DNA of 64,000 bases, from assembly GCA_951406725.2 (NCBI GenBank), contig OX597821.1:61070001-61134000 (forward strand). Reading direction: 5' to 3'. Positions 1-14,385 of this stretch are shown piece after piece. Both the position numbers and the translations under genes were made by a program. The DNA is from Octopus vulgaris. Its lineage: Eukaryota. The notes under the pieces were generated by a model. That model was not told where the DNA came from, searched no databases, and saw only the letters and a program-made list of their open reading frames with translations. Within the stretch, counting starts at the first letter, position 1. Each line of letters starts with the position of its first letter.

Positions 1-469
1 TTTTACCCCTCTGCGAAGTAATTTCCTTTAATTTCTTCGTAAGAAGGGCTAGTTCGATGAGTCGTGTTCTGTCCTCACCTTCGAAACACACTGGAGTTGA
101 ACTAGGGACAGCTGATGAAGGGGATTTTTCCTTGTGTAGTTTGTCAAGTACTTTGTTTTTTCTTTGTAAAAAGAAGGTTCGTTCCATGCTTGTTTTCGTT
201 CTCGTTGAGTTCTGCGTCTATTTGTGGTGTCCTCTACTCACGTATATATATTTATACATGCATGTATATATACATGTAGATGTAGGTACGTACATATATG
301 TATGTATGCATATATTTTATTTATTACACTATTGTATGACTGAGCGCCTTCGCGTCGATTCGATTCGATTCGTTCCGTTTCGTTTCGTTTCTTCTTCTCC
401 CAGTACAGTTTATATAAGGCCCTCTGACAGAACACATTGCTTTCTAAAGAGAAGTGTGTAAGATAATCC

Positions 470-1110
470 TCATTGCAAGGCCTCCAATATAGCAGAATAA
501 GTTGATGTCCGTCCCAGAATAGCTGTCAGTTATCTCTGCAAAATTGGCTATTATGGCAGAGCAGGAAGAAAGAAGACACTGCTTCGACCAGCCAATATCA
601 AATGGAGAAAAGATTGGACAAGTGAGACGGTAGAGAGGTCACTAGCACTTTGGGACACTGTCAAATTCTCTGATGAATCCAGATTTGCTGTATTTTCTGA
701 CACTGGTCGAGTGTGGGTCTGGGGAATCAGTAACCAATATTTTCACGTGAATATATTGCAGCCAACAATGAAACGTGATGGTCTGGAGAGCAATTTGGAG
801 CAATGGTCAATCAGAAATGGTGGAGTGTGAGGGATACATAAACTCAGATAAATATGTGTCCATATTATAGAAAAATCTTCTTCCTATATCCTCCAGTGGT
901 AAAATGATTAAAGAACACTATTTATGGAAGATAGGGCGTTCTTGCACAACTAAAAGACCCAGGATTGGTTGGAAGAGAATGGCATTAAAAAGCTTCCATA
1001 GCTAAGCCAATCACCAGATATGAACCCTACTGAACACATCTGAGGCATGATGGATGGGACACTTCCTAAAAAGAAAAAGAAAGCATCCTTGAAGCCAAAT
1101 CTTACCGGAA
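470..1110 (+). mobile_element. Degenerate Tc1-family (DD34E) transposase remnant
   Basis: Manual translation across frameshifts and stops gives WDTVKFSDESRF, RVWVWG, LQPTMK, INSDKYVSIL, KTQDWLEENGI and SQSPDMNPTEHI, which are Tc1 catalytic-domain motifs. Confidence 0.85.
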
Positions 1111-1315
1111 GAAATCACTTATTATCTAGATCACCGGTCAACGTACACATAATTTAAGAAATTTGAAAAGCTGAACGCGAAACCGGTCATTTCTTCTATA
1201 CTATGTCATTGTATGAAAAAAATTTATAACATTCTTCAGACATATTGACTCAAATATATATTTTTTAACCTTTTAAAACAAGCCTTCTGTAGTTTTTTCA
1301 CTTTTTACTATTTTC

Positions 1316-1915
<600 letters not shown>

Positions 1916-2172
1916 TATATTATATTAAATTAGAGATAAAACCACTATTAAGCAAATCAAACAGTGAAAATCATAAGCCAATACATAGAAATAATGATTT
2001 TCACTGTTTGATTTTTATTTCTATGTATTGGCTTATGACTTTCACCGTTTGATTTGCTTAATAGTGGTTTTATCTCTAATTTAATATAATGTATATTTAT
2101 ACTATAACATTAGATTTAATCCTAAATCTAATTTTTCCCTGTAAGTTTGGATTTACTCCCTAATATCATTAT

Positions 2173-2180
<8 letters not shown>
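1916..2180. repeat. Fold-back (palindromic) repeat embedded in (TA)n
   Basis: Arm ATTAGAGATAAAACCACTATTAAGCAAATCAAAC...AGCCAATACATAGAAA is mirrored at ~2017-2090. A related copy lies at 33030-33215. Confidence 0.75.
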
Positions 2181-2226
<46 letters not shown>

Positions 2227-3315
2227 CTATATATGATTCCCTCTCTTTCCCTCTACCTATCAATTCATTTATGTGTAGCACACAGCAATATATTTAGTAC
2301 ATTCTTCTCATGTAGAATAGTTGTACTTAAGACGCTTCTTTCAATCAATAAAATCGGTCATTTTCCTTCTCCTCCTTCACCGTCTTTTGCTTTTTTTTTC
2401 CCTCACTGATTTTTCGCTGTCTTTTTGTTTTCGGTGACCGATTTCCAACTTCGTTTCTTAAATCTATCCAATTCCGCCCACCAACCACAACCACATATCT
2501 ACCTTGTCGTCGTCATTTCTCTTTCTCTTTTTAAACTGCTTAAACATTCACAATGGTACGTAGCATTTATCCTCATCATAATCTATTCGCTGCAAGTCTG
2601 AGACACAATTTGTTCTTAATTTATAATGGTTTCGAGTTATAAATAAAAATCTATACAAGGTTTTCAAAGACGATAGGTTTTTCAAGAAGTAAACACTTTC
2701 ATAAAGATAAGAATCTTATCTCATAAGAAAAAAATTAGGCAAAAATTCAGATATCTACATGAAATTTAATTATCAATGCAGGACTTAAATATCTTACGCG
2801 TATCTTTGGGGAAAAATTCTATTTGTAGCAATGAGATGATTTGGACTGAATCACAACTAAAATACGGAAAAGAAAAGAAAAAATCTCATTTTGTAGTTTG
2901 TCTTATTATATTTGAGTCAAACCTGTATGTATCCTTCCTTCAAATTTATATTATTTTACAGTTTCTTTTTGCGCGCAGTAAGCAATAGAAAATTCAGAAG
3001 GGACAACGGTAAAATGAATTGTATTACTGAATATCAGGAAGGTTTAAAGGCATGAAGAAAGACAAAAAAAATATAAATAAATAAAAAAGAATAAAATAGG
3101 AAAAGCGGAAACCAAAAAAGAAAAAATAAAGGCAACAAAACTGAAAGTTCTTAACTACTTAGTGAATCACAGTGAATCGTGTGTGAGTTGATTGAACGAT
3201 TAACCTTCTCTTTTGTGTTTCTAATATGAGGTTAATAGTCCAATAAAATCATATTACACGACTGTTAACTCATCTCAAAAACTGTAAACATAAATCTTTG
3301 TAGTATTTTTGTAAA

Positions 3316-3945
3316 TTCCTTCTACTTCCCTTCCTCTTCCTCCTCCTCCTCCTCCTCCTCCTCCACTTCTATGCTTCTACGCCTCACTTCCCCGCCTGCT
3401 CTGTCTCTTCTTCCATCTCTTCCACCTTCTCCCCTCCTCCGCCTCCTCTTCGTCCTCCTCTTCCTCCTCATCCTCCTCTTCCCCTACTTCTATGCTTCCA
3501 CGCCACACTTTCCCACCCTTTCTGTCTCATCTTCCATCTCTTCCGCCTCCTTCCCCTCCTCCTCTTCCTCCTCCTCCACCTCCTCCTCCCCACCTCCTCC
3601 TCCACCTCCTCCTTCCCACCTCCTCCGTCTTCTACGTCTTCCCTTACTTCTCCTCCGTTTCTTTCTCTTTCTTCTCCTCCGTCTTCTCTTCGTCATCTTC
3701 TCCATCTCCTGTTCTTCCTCCTCCTCCGCTTCATCATCTTCGTAATATCCATAGTCCCCGCCTCATCGTCTTTCTTATCGTCGTCGTCACCATCACCACC
3801 ATCACCACCACCATCATCATCATCGTCATCATCATGATAGTCACAGTCTTTATTACATCCACCGTCGTTGCCATAGTTATTATCGTCATCGTCGTCGTTG
3901 CCATCGTCCGCCTTCATCGTCTCAACCACCGCCATCGACATCATC
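3316..3945. repeat. Pyrimidine-rich low-complexity tract (CCT/CTT, then CAT/CGT) with an internal ~120-bp duplication
   Basis: CTTCTATGCTTC(T/C)ACGCC... recurs at ~3366 and ~3487. The ORFs here are Pro/Ser/Glu homopolymer artefacts. Confidence 0.85.
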
Positions 3946-4371
3946 TTATTTGTAACTTCGAAGGACTGGTATTGTAAATGTTGTTTTTTTCTTAGTAGCT
4001 GCTGATTCATATAAAATGTGCATTACCAACAAATGAAGCTAATCATTTTGGAAATTCTTTTATTATCCGACTAAATTATTTCAGAATATATTAAGAATGC
4101 CTTCTTTTGTATGAAAGTATACTAATGAAATATGAAATGCGTTTCGCACATTCTATTGTTTAATTATAATTCTCTTACAAATAAATTTTCGAAATCTTAA
4201 TTGTGTTTTCTATTATTTTACTTCGCAACAATTGCTAGGCTTTTTCCAAATTAATATAGAAAATGTAATTTTTTTTCGTTACATGAGACGCCATTTCCAA
4301 TGACTTTTCTCCATTTTGCAATAACGGGAATGCGTTGAATGTATTTGAGATACGTGGGTAGCGCGTCAATT

Positions 4372-4409
<38 letters not shown>

Positions 4410-5555
4410 GCTGCTACAACAACAGCAGCAACACGAATAATAATTATGGTAATATATTTCCTATTAATCACAAGAGCTTAAACATTAAAAAATAACAAAG
4501 AAAGTTCAGACGGTAAGGCGGGGTGGATAAGACAAAGAGTGAAAAGCGTTATGCAATATATACGTGGGCGAATTAAAAATATAAAAAAGTACAAATATTT
4601 ACAAAAGCGCCATAAAGTACACAATAATTAAAATAAGATATTTATATAAAAATTAAACATCTATTTGTATTTATCAGCGTATTCCATGTTCACGAGAACG
4701 CTTCCACTGGTGGTTATTCTTGTTTCGTTCATGAGAGGAAATTGTAAAATAAAAATAAAAATCTTCCATGAGGAACTTTAGGATAATGATGAGTAAATTT
4801 TCTCGGCGGTTCTGCTTCGCAATTGATGAAATTCCACCTTGCATTTTTTAATCCATATTTTGGGGATTTGGACTCAGCATATAGAGATATCCGGAAGGAG
4901 TGCTAAAAGGAATTTTGTTTTACGTCTATCCATCGACTTTTATTTTAACGAACGCATTGATTAATGCAGTTCTAGTCACGCTATGTCTCCAAAATATGAT
5001 GGCATCGTCACGACTAGTATGACTGTCCTCATAGCTTTGATCGGACAAGACTGATCAGCAATATGATTAATAACTCGTCTGTAGTCTTCGAAACAAACGT
5101 AAACCACTATGTTAAAACTGGAAACAAGACAAAATTGCTCAGCGAAGCCAGAGAGATGTGGCAAGTAAACGTTGCACATGTTTGGAGCCAGCTTTCATTT
5201 TTCAAGGCCTTTCTATGGTCGCTCTTTCATTGAAGATTTGCTCAGTTTTGTCGAGATTTTAACTTCATGTGCAACATAAAATAAAATGCATGTTATAACT
5301 CGGGTATTATATTTAATCCCTGGCTTGTGAGTTTTTCCTTATAAATCCAATCTCAGTGATGTGTGTTTGAATTAGTGTTTCACATTGGGTAAAACAAAAG
5401 TCATACTATAGATATAATTTAGACAATCTAATTAATAAATTAATTTACTCTCAATAGTTTGTGAGTACTGTGACTTGTCATATCTAATGGTGGTCAAATA
5501 TATATTCATACATTAGTTGATTTTTGTTCTTTGTTGCTCAGCCCCACTTTTCTCT

Positions 5556-5612
<57 letters not shown>

Positions 5613-7189
5613 GCACACCTAATACTAAAGATGTTTCAGCCATGACGACCCCGTTTTATCCAGAACACCGTGGGTGGGAATCCAATGAACCCTTATTCTC
5701 TAAAGCACTGAACTGTAATTTTAGAGTTCTTTGGCTCCTATTTCGATGCTTGTTAGTTTAGCCCTAAAAGAATATTGACAATTTAATGTGATATATCAGC
5801 TTGGTAGAGGAGGATTAATAGAATATTTAATAACTACGACAACAATATTCCTAGGATTTTGTCGTTAATTTTCTCCGAATGTTTTTAATTCTAGAGAAGA
5901 ATAATTTAGATGTAGAACACGGAGTTGAACATGATGTCGTATATAATTAGTGCCTAAGCTTTCTAGTTGTAATATTATGAAAAAAGGTTTGAAATATTAG
6001 TTTTATTTCCACAGGCAGATGTACAAATAATCACCCACCTCTTGCATAATATGAAAAAAAGTTCTTCACTACAACACCATTTGGAGTGATGATGTTCATA
6101 AATAGTTCCACACCATTTCATAAGTATGTCTTAATGATTGCTAAATAAACTATTTATCCATTCATGTATATGAAGTATACGTTACTATATTTACCAAATA
6201 GTTAAAATAAATTACTTTCAGTATAGCACATATAACAGAACAACTACCACATTATTATTTTTCAAAATTTCTGAAACACATATATTGTTACAACATCATA
6301 GACAAGCATTTCATGTAATATACCATATCTCAATGGCTATTTGCATAATTGCTGTATTTGCCTATGAATTGATAACGACAGAATTCTTTTCAAGGCATTG
6401 TATTTATTCAATTCTATCTAATCTAATGAATGTTTCTTTACCATTTTATGGCTTTTTTTTCTTTTCACAAGATTATAATGGCAGGCAGTATCTCTCACAA
6501 AAACTTGCATATTTGAAACAGTTTTTTTTATCTCTTTACTATTTATATGTATTTCATATTTCTACAAATTTAGCAAAGTTTTTTATAATTATAATTTTAC
6601 CGAATCTGCATCTTTCATTGCAATTTGCTATAGCTTCAGGTATTATTAACTTTTCCATGTGTGAAAAACTTTCTTTGTCAATAATTATTCCAGCGATAAA
6701 TTATGCCTTGATTAGAACTTACGCAAACGAATACGTTATTTCTATTACTTTCTTCAAATAAAATTGATATTTTTGTCTTGTATTTGAAGGATAAGATTCA
6801 GGTGATGGAAAATATAGATTTCAACATTCTTATAACCCACTTTCACACTTCATACATGCATATATCTGAATTAGTTTGCTATTCTATTGATTAGGCACTT
6901 CTGTAGATATTTTGCATTCTCACTGGATGTGCAGTATACTATTTTAATTGAATTTCCTTTCAAGAGAATATATTTGAGTGATTGTTATTATTCAGACAAC
7001 TAACAATAAAGTTTTACATGAACAGAAGTTAATTTAGAAAATGACGTATCTGTGCATAGCTCGCAGTTACGTAATGGTATAACAGTAATATGCGACGCTT
7101 GAATTATATATCTGCACACACAATTTATAACTACTAAACACATCCACGCAGACTCACACACGCACACACACGTAAATATATATTTCTTT

Positions 7190-7740
7190 CACTGGGTAGC
7201 ACAACAAGACCGTTACACATTCGCATCAAAGACCATCTGAACACAGAGAGACACCTCCTTCAGAAAGCATCTAGACAGATGCCGGAACGCCTACAAAAGC
7301 ATGTCAGTCACACTTGAGGCCAATGAAAGAAATTTGGGTAATCTAAGAATTAAGGAAGCTATCTTCATAGACAGATTAGGGCCCCAAATTAACAACAAGC
7401 TGGAGGTTGACAATCAAAATAATATTTAGCTAGATCTGGATGCATGTAGGTCCATTTTTTATAACATACTCATGTACTATATATAAAAAAGAAAAGCAGC
7501 CCTGCAGATGTACCAACACACACGAGCTTGAGATATAGCCGCCCTCACACACTTCTCATAAGGAGTTCCGGAAGGAGCTTCATGAGACCACTGCAGGGAC
7601 GCTTCCGGAAAAAAAATCAGTAAACGTTGGATAACTGGTTATAGCAGAGACTCGATGAATTCCTAGCGATATCTGAAGAAAAAATTTATATATTCTGAAA
7701 TATTATTATATATCATATAAACGTTGGATAACTGACGAAT
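7190..7740 (+). mobile_element. Penelope-like element 3' fragment (GIY-YIG endonuclease remnant plus 3' region)
   Basis: Translation LGSTTRPLHIRIKDHL, then a frameshift, then LEANERNLGNLRIKEAIFIDRLGPQINNKLE. This fits the second half of a PLE GIY-YIG domain. Confidence 0.8.
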
Positions 7741-7755
7741 TCCTATATATATATA

Positions 7756-8667
7756 TTGGGTCATCCTATAAACAATGCGGTATTTTCAGTTCTATGAACT
7801 AAAAGTCGAAGGGGGAGATTTAAAACCTGCATCAACTTGCTATAAAGGGAGGTAGTAATTTTACCTTGTACTTATTCTTAGTGCAAATTTTTTTATTGTG
7901 CAGTTCAATGTTTACAGTTATTTTTTCAAAGCTACAATAGGAGTGACAAAGGAGCATATTCAGCATATTTTGCTTTACGAGTTCAATAAATGTAACAGCG
8001 CATCGAAAGTGTGAGGAATATTAATGCAGTATACGGGGATCAGACAGTAAGCGTAAGCCAGTGTCATCGGTGGTCCCAGAACTTCGGAGCCAGAAACTAC
8101 ATCCTAGAAGACATGCCCCGTCCTGGGAAATCTCTAGAGCTAGCCGAGGAAATCCTGCAAACTTTGGCAGAGCAAAATCTTATAGTAACAGTTGAGGATC
8201 TAGCAGAGAAGCTTGGATTTGATCATTCTATCATTCATCGACAGCTACATGCCACCAGAAAAGTCAGCAAATTAGATCACAAACTATCCGAGTCTGTATG
8301 CTCGTTCACATACAGCGAGAATGACATTCCTTAGGCTGGAGCAGTTTGAATGGGAAACGATGCCCTACCCACCATATTCGCCGGATACTGCCCCCTCTGA
8401 CTATCATTTATTCCGCAGTCTTCAAAATCATTTGGATGGAAAAAATATGAATTTTGTAGACGAAATCAGAACAGTATTGGAGGAGTATTTTTCATCACGG
8501 ACAAGTGAATTTTGGAAGAGGGGACTTGCAAATCGAGCGGACAGATGGAAGAGCATTGTAGAAAATGAAGGAGAGTATATTTTAGATTTAAAAAAAAACC
8601 TTTGGTTATCTTAATTGTGAAAAATTAAAGAAGTATAAAAAACCGCATTATTTATGGCATAACCCAA
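7756..8667 (+). mobile_element. Internally deleted mariner transposon
   Basis: Imperfect TIRs TTGGGTCATCCTATAAACAATGCGG / CCGCATTATTTATGGCATAACCCAA, with TA on the left. ORF 8011-8334 encodes an HTH region (INAVYG...WSQNF...EDMPRPG) and ORF 8321-8614 encodes PPYSPDTAPSDYHLF...ENEGEY. The central catalytic part is missing. Confidence 0.92.
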
Positions 8668-9783
8668 CACACACACACACACACACACACATACACACCT
8701 GCACACACATATATACATGTTGTATGTATGTGTGTAAATACATATATATATGTCAATATTTTAGTATGTATATGTGCAGGTATGTATGTGTGTGTGTATG
8801 AAATAATAACAGACAAATATCTGGTATTGTTAAAATTATTTCGTCTTTATTGTGACATAAATATGGTACAGATAGGTATGCCAAGTGCAGATAATATTAC
8901 GTTAGTCAACTCTCATCAAGCCAGCAAAATAAACAAACGAGCGATAACTTGTTAATTAATCAACAGATCATCAACAAGTAAAATTTCTAAGCAAAATTAC
9001 CCGCATTTCAGAAACGTGAAGTGGATGAGACTATAATCTGTCAATTCTCGAGGACGGATAGCAGAATGAGCTTGTAAATTAAAGAACACGTGAGGCCATT
9101 TCTATTCTGAAGATGTCATTAAACCTAGCAACCTCGTCCTTTGTGGCTAGTAAAGGCAGAACTTGCTGGTTTTGCAGCGAATAGTAGACACTTAGTATGA
9201 CATTTGACCCAATCAAAACATGTTCTTAGAACAGCTGCCGGCCTATTAAAAAAATATATTTTTATATTTATATCTTTTTTCAAGTCAACAACAATAAAGA
9301 TTGGCCCGATTAATAGATTCCAACGTTACTTATTCACGCGCTTAATTAATTAATCTTGGTAAAAGTACTCCGATTAATTATCAAAAACTAATTGAATACT
9401 AGCTTTAATCAACGGAGATTCAGCTAATTATAATTCAAGGGGAATAACTTGATGAAATCTGTATGTTAGCAAAGTTCCCTCAGAATTTTGGAGGAGAGGA
9501 GAGAAAAGAAGGATATGGAGGAAAAGGAAAAGAGATAGTAGAGAAGAAAATAGGATTAATCAAATAGAGAAAGAGGTCAACGCATTGAAAGAGAAAGCAG
9601 TATTAGCATAAATGAATAATTGTGCCTCCGAGATGAAGGAATGTAGTATAGGCAATAATCTGTGTTAATATAAAGGTATGATTTAATAAATTCACGTTTG
9701 TTAAATATCAATGAGCATCGTCCTCCAGTATTCTTTCTAAGATAGCAGTATTGAATTTAGAGGAGACCAGTCTAGATAGCAAT

Positions 9784-10084
9784 TGTTTGTTCCTTCTCGA
9801 GCCACGTCTGGCTGATAAGGGCCGGTTTCCCGGTTTCTTTGGCGTATAGGTTCCCCACCTAGACAGGACGCCGGTCCGTCGCAGGTGAGCTGCAAGATGC
9901 AGGAGGAAAGAGTGAGGGAAAGTTGTGGCGAAAGAGTCAGCAGAATTTCGCCATTGCCTTCTGGCGGAGCCGCGTGGAACTTATGTGTTTCACTCATAAA
10001 CACACACACCACCCGGCCTGAGATTCGAACCCGCGATCCCTCGATCGCGAGTCCGCTGCTCTAACCACTTGGCCATATGCCTCC
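9784..10084 (-). mobile_element. tRNA-derived SINE, family B head with its own tail
   Basis: Minus strand GGAGGCATATGGCCAAGTGGTTAGAGCAGCGGACTCGCG...GGGTTCGAATCTC. The head is shared with the copies at 28419 and 52977. Confidence 0.85.
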
Positions 10085-10600
10085 ACCTAGATATCAATAG
10101 AGATATCAATTACTGTAAAGCTGAAACACTACTCTATCACTTTACTGTGACAGAAACCTCTGATACACAGTTATCACGCTAGAATACATCTAGAATGGCT
10201 ATCACTTACACCACAAGCCCAACTCTCTCTTTTCAAGCGCACCAACGTGTGTTGCGCTACCAAGTCACATATGGTTTTCAACAATTTAATATCATCCAGT
10301 CTATTATATGCAGTATACCTGGGCTCTGAAATGATGAAAATTATTTCATTTTCACCAAAATACATATTTAAACACCTGATCAGAATTAATTACCATTTGC
10401 TACGAAAAATACGCAGTCTTTTAAACCTCAATAGAGAAAGATATACCAAATGTAAGACATAAAAGAAGCGGGGGGTCAGTAGAATGTTAGTCGGTGTGTA
10501 TCAGTAAACAAATACACTCATACACCACGCATGCAAACACACACACACACACACACTTTCAGGCAAATACACACACTCAGAGACATATACGATCATATAC

Positions 10601-10692
<92 letters not shown>

Positions 10693-13393
10693 TTATGTCG
10701 TTGGTGAAAATGTCTAAAAAGTACAGCAGAGACAAAGTTTATTCGACGCTGAAGCATCCGGAATCGCTTCTTTGAATTTTAGATTTGCGATTTACTGACT
10801 TCAGTTCTATAATCTATGTTCAAACGACCGGACAAAGGAAAGAGTGCGACAATATATAACCAAAAATATTCGTAAATACATCGAATTAAGAAATGTGATC
10901 AAGATCTGAGTAGTTATCAAGGAGTCTTAGCATATGTCCAAATTTATGCGGAATACGTAATACATTCCTCTATTCACCATCAGGTATTTTTACACATTGA
11001 GCCTCACATATATGAAACACACAATATCAAGGAAAAGGAATTTTGTTAAAGAAAGTTCGATATTGTTGATTTAATATTTTCTTTTCAAATTTGACTGTCA
11101 TTCAAGATATGGGCAATTAAGTGAGTGGGACACATACTACCTATTTCACTAAGTAATTGATTAAGTTCTCAATAAATGTCAATAGAAGTGTCTGTCTGTA
11201 AGAACTGACCTATTCCCGTATTTTGCTCAAAATTACAGACCGTGATAATAAAATGCTATATTTTTGCGAGACACAAAGATTGCACTTTCTGGGGCAACGA
11301 AAATAGGATAGATATGATCAATCGATCTTATAACAGCTAATATGAGTAAATAAATAAATACAAAGTATATTAGGATAATTAAGGTTTTATATGTTATTCT
11401 GAAAGTCGCAGTGATTATAAATGTTGCAAGAAACTTTTTGCTACGCGCGAATGCACAAAATAACGCCTTAAAAACAAACATTCATTATATACCTATTTGT
11501 ACCTCACAAAGACACACACACGCCCCTCCCCAAACACACATATATCTGAGTGTATGTATGTGTGTGTTTGTAGGGCGAGTAGATGATATTTAATTTGATG
11601 TATTCCCAGAGCATTTTAAATATCTATTTATCTATTCAACAATTTGTCATCCAGACATTTAAATTGAATAGGGATTTGGGCAATGAAGTTGGTGTTTTTC
11701 TAATTAATTGTATTTTCATTATCTTTAGTAGAGTTGTTTATATATAAATCATTGAAAGAACACCGGAATAAATGCAAAAAGGAAATCAATTTATCAAATC
11801 TTAATGATACTTGCTTATAAATATCTTTATCTCGTATTAGGCAAGAACTATTTCCAGTAAGCGTGACATTTGCAATCCTATGAGAGCGCTACCATCATTC
11901 TGCATTATCTTCAGCTTGGACAACCGTAAGCCAACGTCTGGAAGAAATACATTCTTCAGGAATGATTTCAGTGGGTCGATACTGAATAGGAGGGGGTCAA
12001 AACGATTAGAGCGGGACCTGATAGGCAAGGCACAATAAATTCACATGCAAAGGTCAGAGAGGTGTTGAATTTAACTCAGGTGGAGTTGGTTCGGAAATAG
12101 CTATTTCGAAAAATAGCTGGCCGTTTCTGCAGAGACGTTTCTCATAAGATGGTCATCCTGCAGAAGTTACAGTAGTGTAGACTGTACATATTTTACAAAT
12201 GTTACAAGCTGTGTTTTGCACGCAATTTCTAGCAGAGAATTGGAGATAGTAAACTTTCGATGAGTGAAGAATCGGTAATTCTCCTAGGTGGATTGGATGC
12301 TAATTTGTTATCAGGAATCGGAATATAATATAATGTATCACAATATAATATAAATAATATAAAATAATATAACATATAATGTGATATAATATAATATAAT
12401 ATAATATAAATACAATATAATACATTTTTAAATGTAATGGGACTTTTCTTAAATATATGATTAATGAAAGATGAGGAGAGATGAATATTATATTTCAAGA
12501 AGATAGCATTCCATAAATTAATGGATGATTATGGAAAGCTAGATGGATTGATTTTCTGCTTCAGTATTATGTCTCTCCATAATCAATGAACGGATCGTTA
12601 AAAACATCATTTTACCTTGCATCCATCATTGGAAATGTATTTAATGTTTCTTCAATGATTTCAGAGAAAATTGTAAACTCATGTGAATTCTTGATGAAAA
12701 TGTTTTACGTTTCTAAATCCATCTAATAAAACCAGTCTTGCGTTCACTGTGAAAATAGAACGGTAATTCTGTAATTTTTGCGCAGTTTGTATTACTTCTA
12801 TTTGACAATTGCGTATAAAATATAGTAATGGGTAATGGCTTATAGTAAATGATTTGGATAAATTTAAAATATTCTACAGAGAACCACTCTTAAGTGAAGA
12901 TAATGAGATCACCTTTCAGGTGCAGCTTACTATATGATTACTTCTACTTTACGGAAATTACCATTAGTGTGGTTGATAATAACATTTCTATTGGAAGAAA
13001 GGCTGAGTGAAACCGAATGCTTATGAAAAGAAAACCTTTTAAGAACTCTTGGACAAATTGAATTCTAAACGCTAAAATAAATGTCACCAAATTGAAAATA
13101 ATCGAGTATTTTCTATTGTCAGTTATTTTCTTTAAAGTATAACTGTTTGCTTGTATAGTACTGAGACGGAGAAAAATAGAAATAAAATCATACAAATGAC
13201 ATAGGTGGTACTTTATAATCTAATAACGATGTGATAGTACATATTTATATTGATTCTACTCCTTATATTCAACTATAATATAGTTTTTTCACTCAAATTT
13301 TCCTGATTTCAAACAAGGTTGTCTACGAAATCTTTCGTTTCAACGAGATAATTCTCCACGTGAATAGAAATATAAATTAAAAAATCTTTTAAG

Positions 13394-13560
13394 ATCATCA
13401 TCATCATCATCATCATCATCGTTTAACGTCCATTTTCCATGCTAGCATGGGTTGGACGGATCAACTGCGGTCAAGGAAGCCAGAAGGCTGCACCAGGCCC
13501 AGTCATATCTGGCAGTGTTTCTACGGCTGGATGCCCTTCCTAACGCCAACCACTCCAACC
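13394..13560 (-). mobile_element. 3' fragment of a SINE/LINE with (GAT)n tail
   Basis: Minus strand GGTTGGCGTTAGGAAGGGCATCCAGCCGTAGAAA...GGACGTTAAACGATGATGATG. This is a retroposon-type 3' end with a trinucleotide tail. Confidence 0.65.
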
Positions 13561-14104
13561 ACTATATGAAGAAAAATAGCGTTGAATAATAAAGAGATAA
13601 ATTAAATAATCTGTCATGTATGAAATCTACACGACAATTTATGTGTGGGGAACAAAGGTTTCAGAGCATTAATAATCATTAAATATATTTTGTGGAAGGT
13701 AGCAAATATAATTCTACAGGATCAAACGTCTAAAGTAGTCTTCCAAAATACTAATTGGAGAAGGTTATTTAATATCTATCGTAGTTAATGTATTAGCTTT
13801 TAAAATTACTTTTATATCCAGCATTTTGTCTTAAGTTTATATTGAATCAAATCCTATATCACGTACAGCTATCTACATAGAATTTATTCACATATGTGAC
13901 CTTTTCAGATGAAGAACGAAATGATAATGATCATAAATTGAACTGGATAAGAAAGGACACCACCCCGTGTGTCTTCGGTTGGGAATAATGGCAAAAAGAT
14001 ATGTTATAGAAAATATCTAGCTATAAGTAAATTGCAGTAAATGTCAATTTAGTTTAGTTTTACTGTTTATGATATATGTAAATCTAATGTGTATGTGTTT
14101 GTTT

Positions 14105-14191
14105 ATAGATATGTGTGTGTATATATATGTATATATATGTGTATATATATGTATATATATATTTATATATATATATACATATATACGTATA

Positions 14192-14239
<48 letters not shown>

Positions 14240-14316
14240 CTTACATATGTACTTACATATATATATATATACACATACATATACTTACATATGTACTTAC
14301 ATATACATATACTTAC

Positions 14317-14385
<69 letters not shown>
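14105..14385. repeat. (TA)n-rich microsatellite
   Basis: Directly visible, and the source of the YIYI ORFs. Confidence 0.95.

Noticed and set aside
3371-4010. Pro-rich, Ser-rich or acidic protein ORFs
   Set aside because: Overlapping ORFs on both strands arise from trinucleotide low-complexity sequence.
5700-6960. 158-aa hydrophobic ORF (6285-6761) and Cys-pair-rich fragments on the minus strand
   Set aside because: No recognisable motif. The plus ORF has AT-biased random composition and the minus frames have many stops. It may be a very old transposon, but I cannot assign it.
9105-9195. HDV-like or hammerhead-like ribozyme (CTGAAGA; GCAGAAC/GTTTTGC hairpin followed by GCGAAT)
   Set aside because: P1 and P2 of an HDV fold could not be paired convincingly, and the hammerhead GAAA box is absent.
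10210-10326. Possible minus-strand internal exon (TTTCAG ... GTAAGT)
   Set aside because: The splice-like motifs are present, but the peptide is unrecognisable and such motif pairs are expected by chance in 64 kb.
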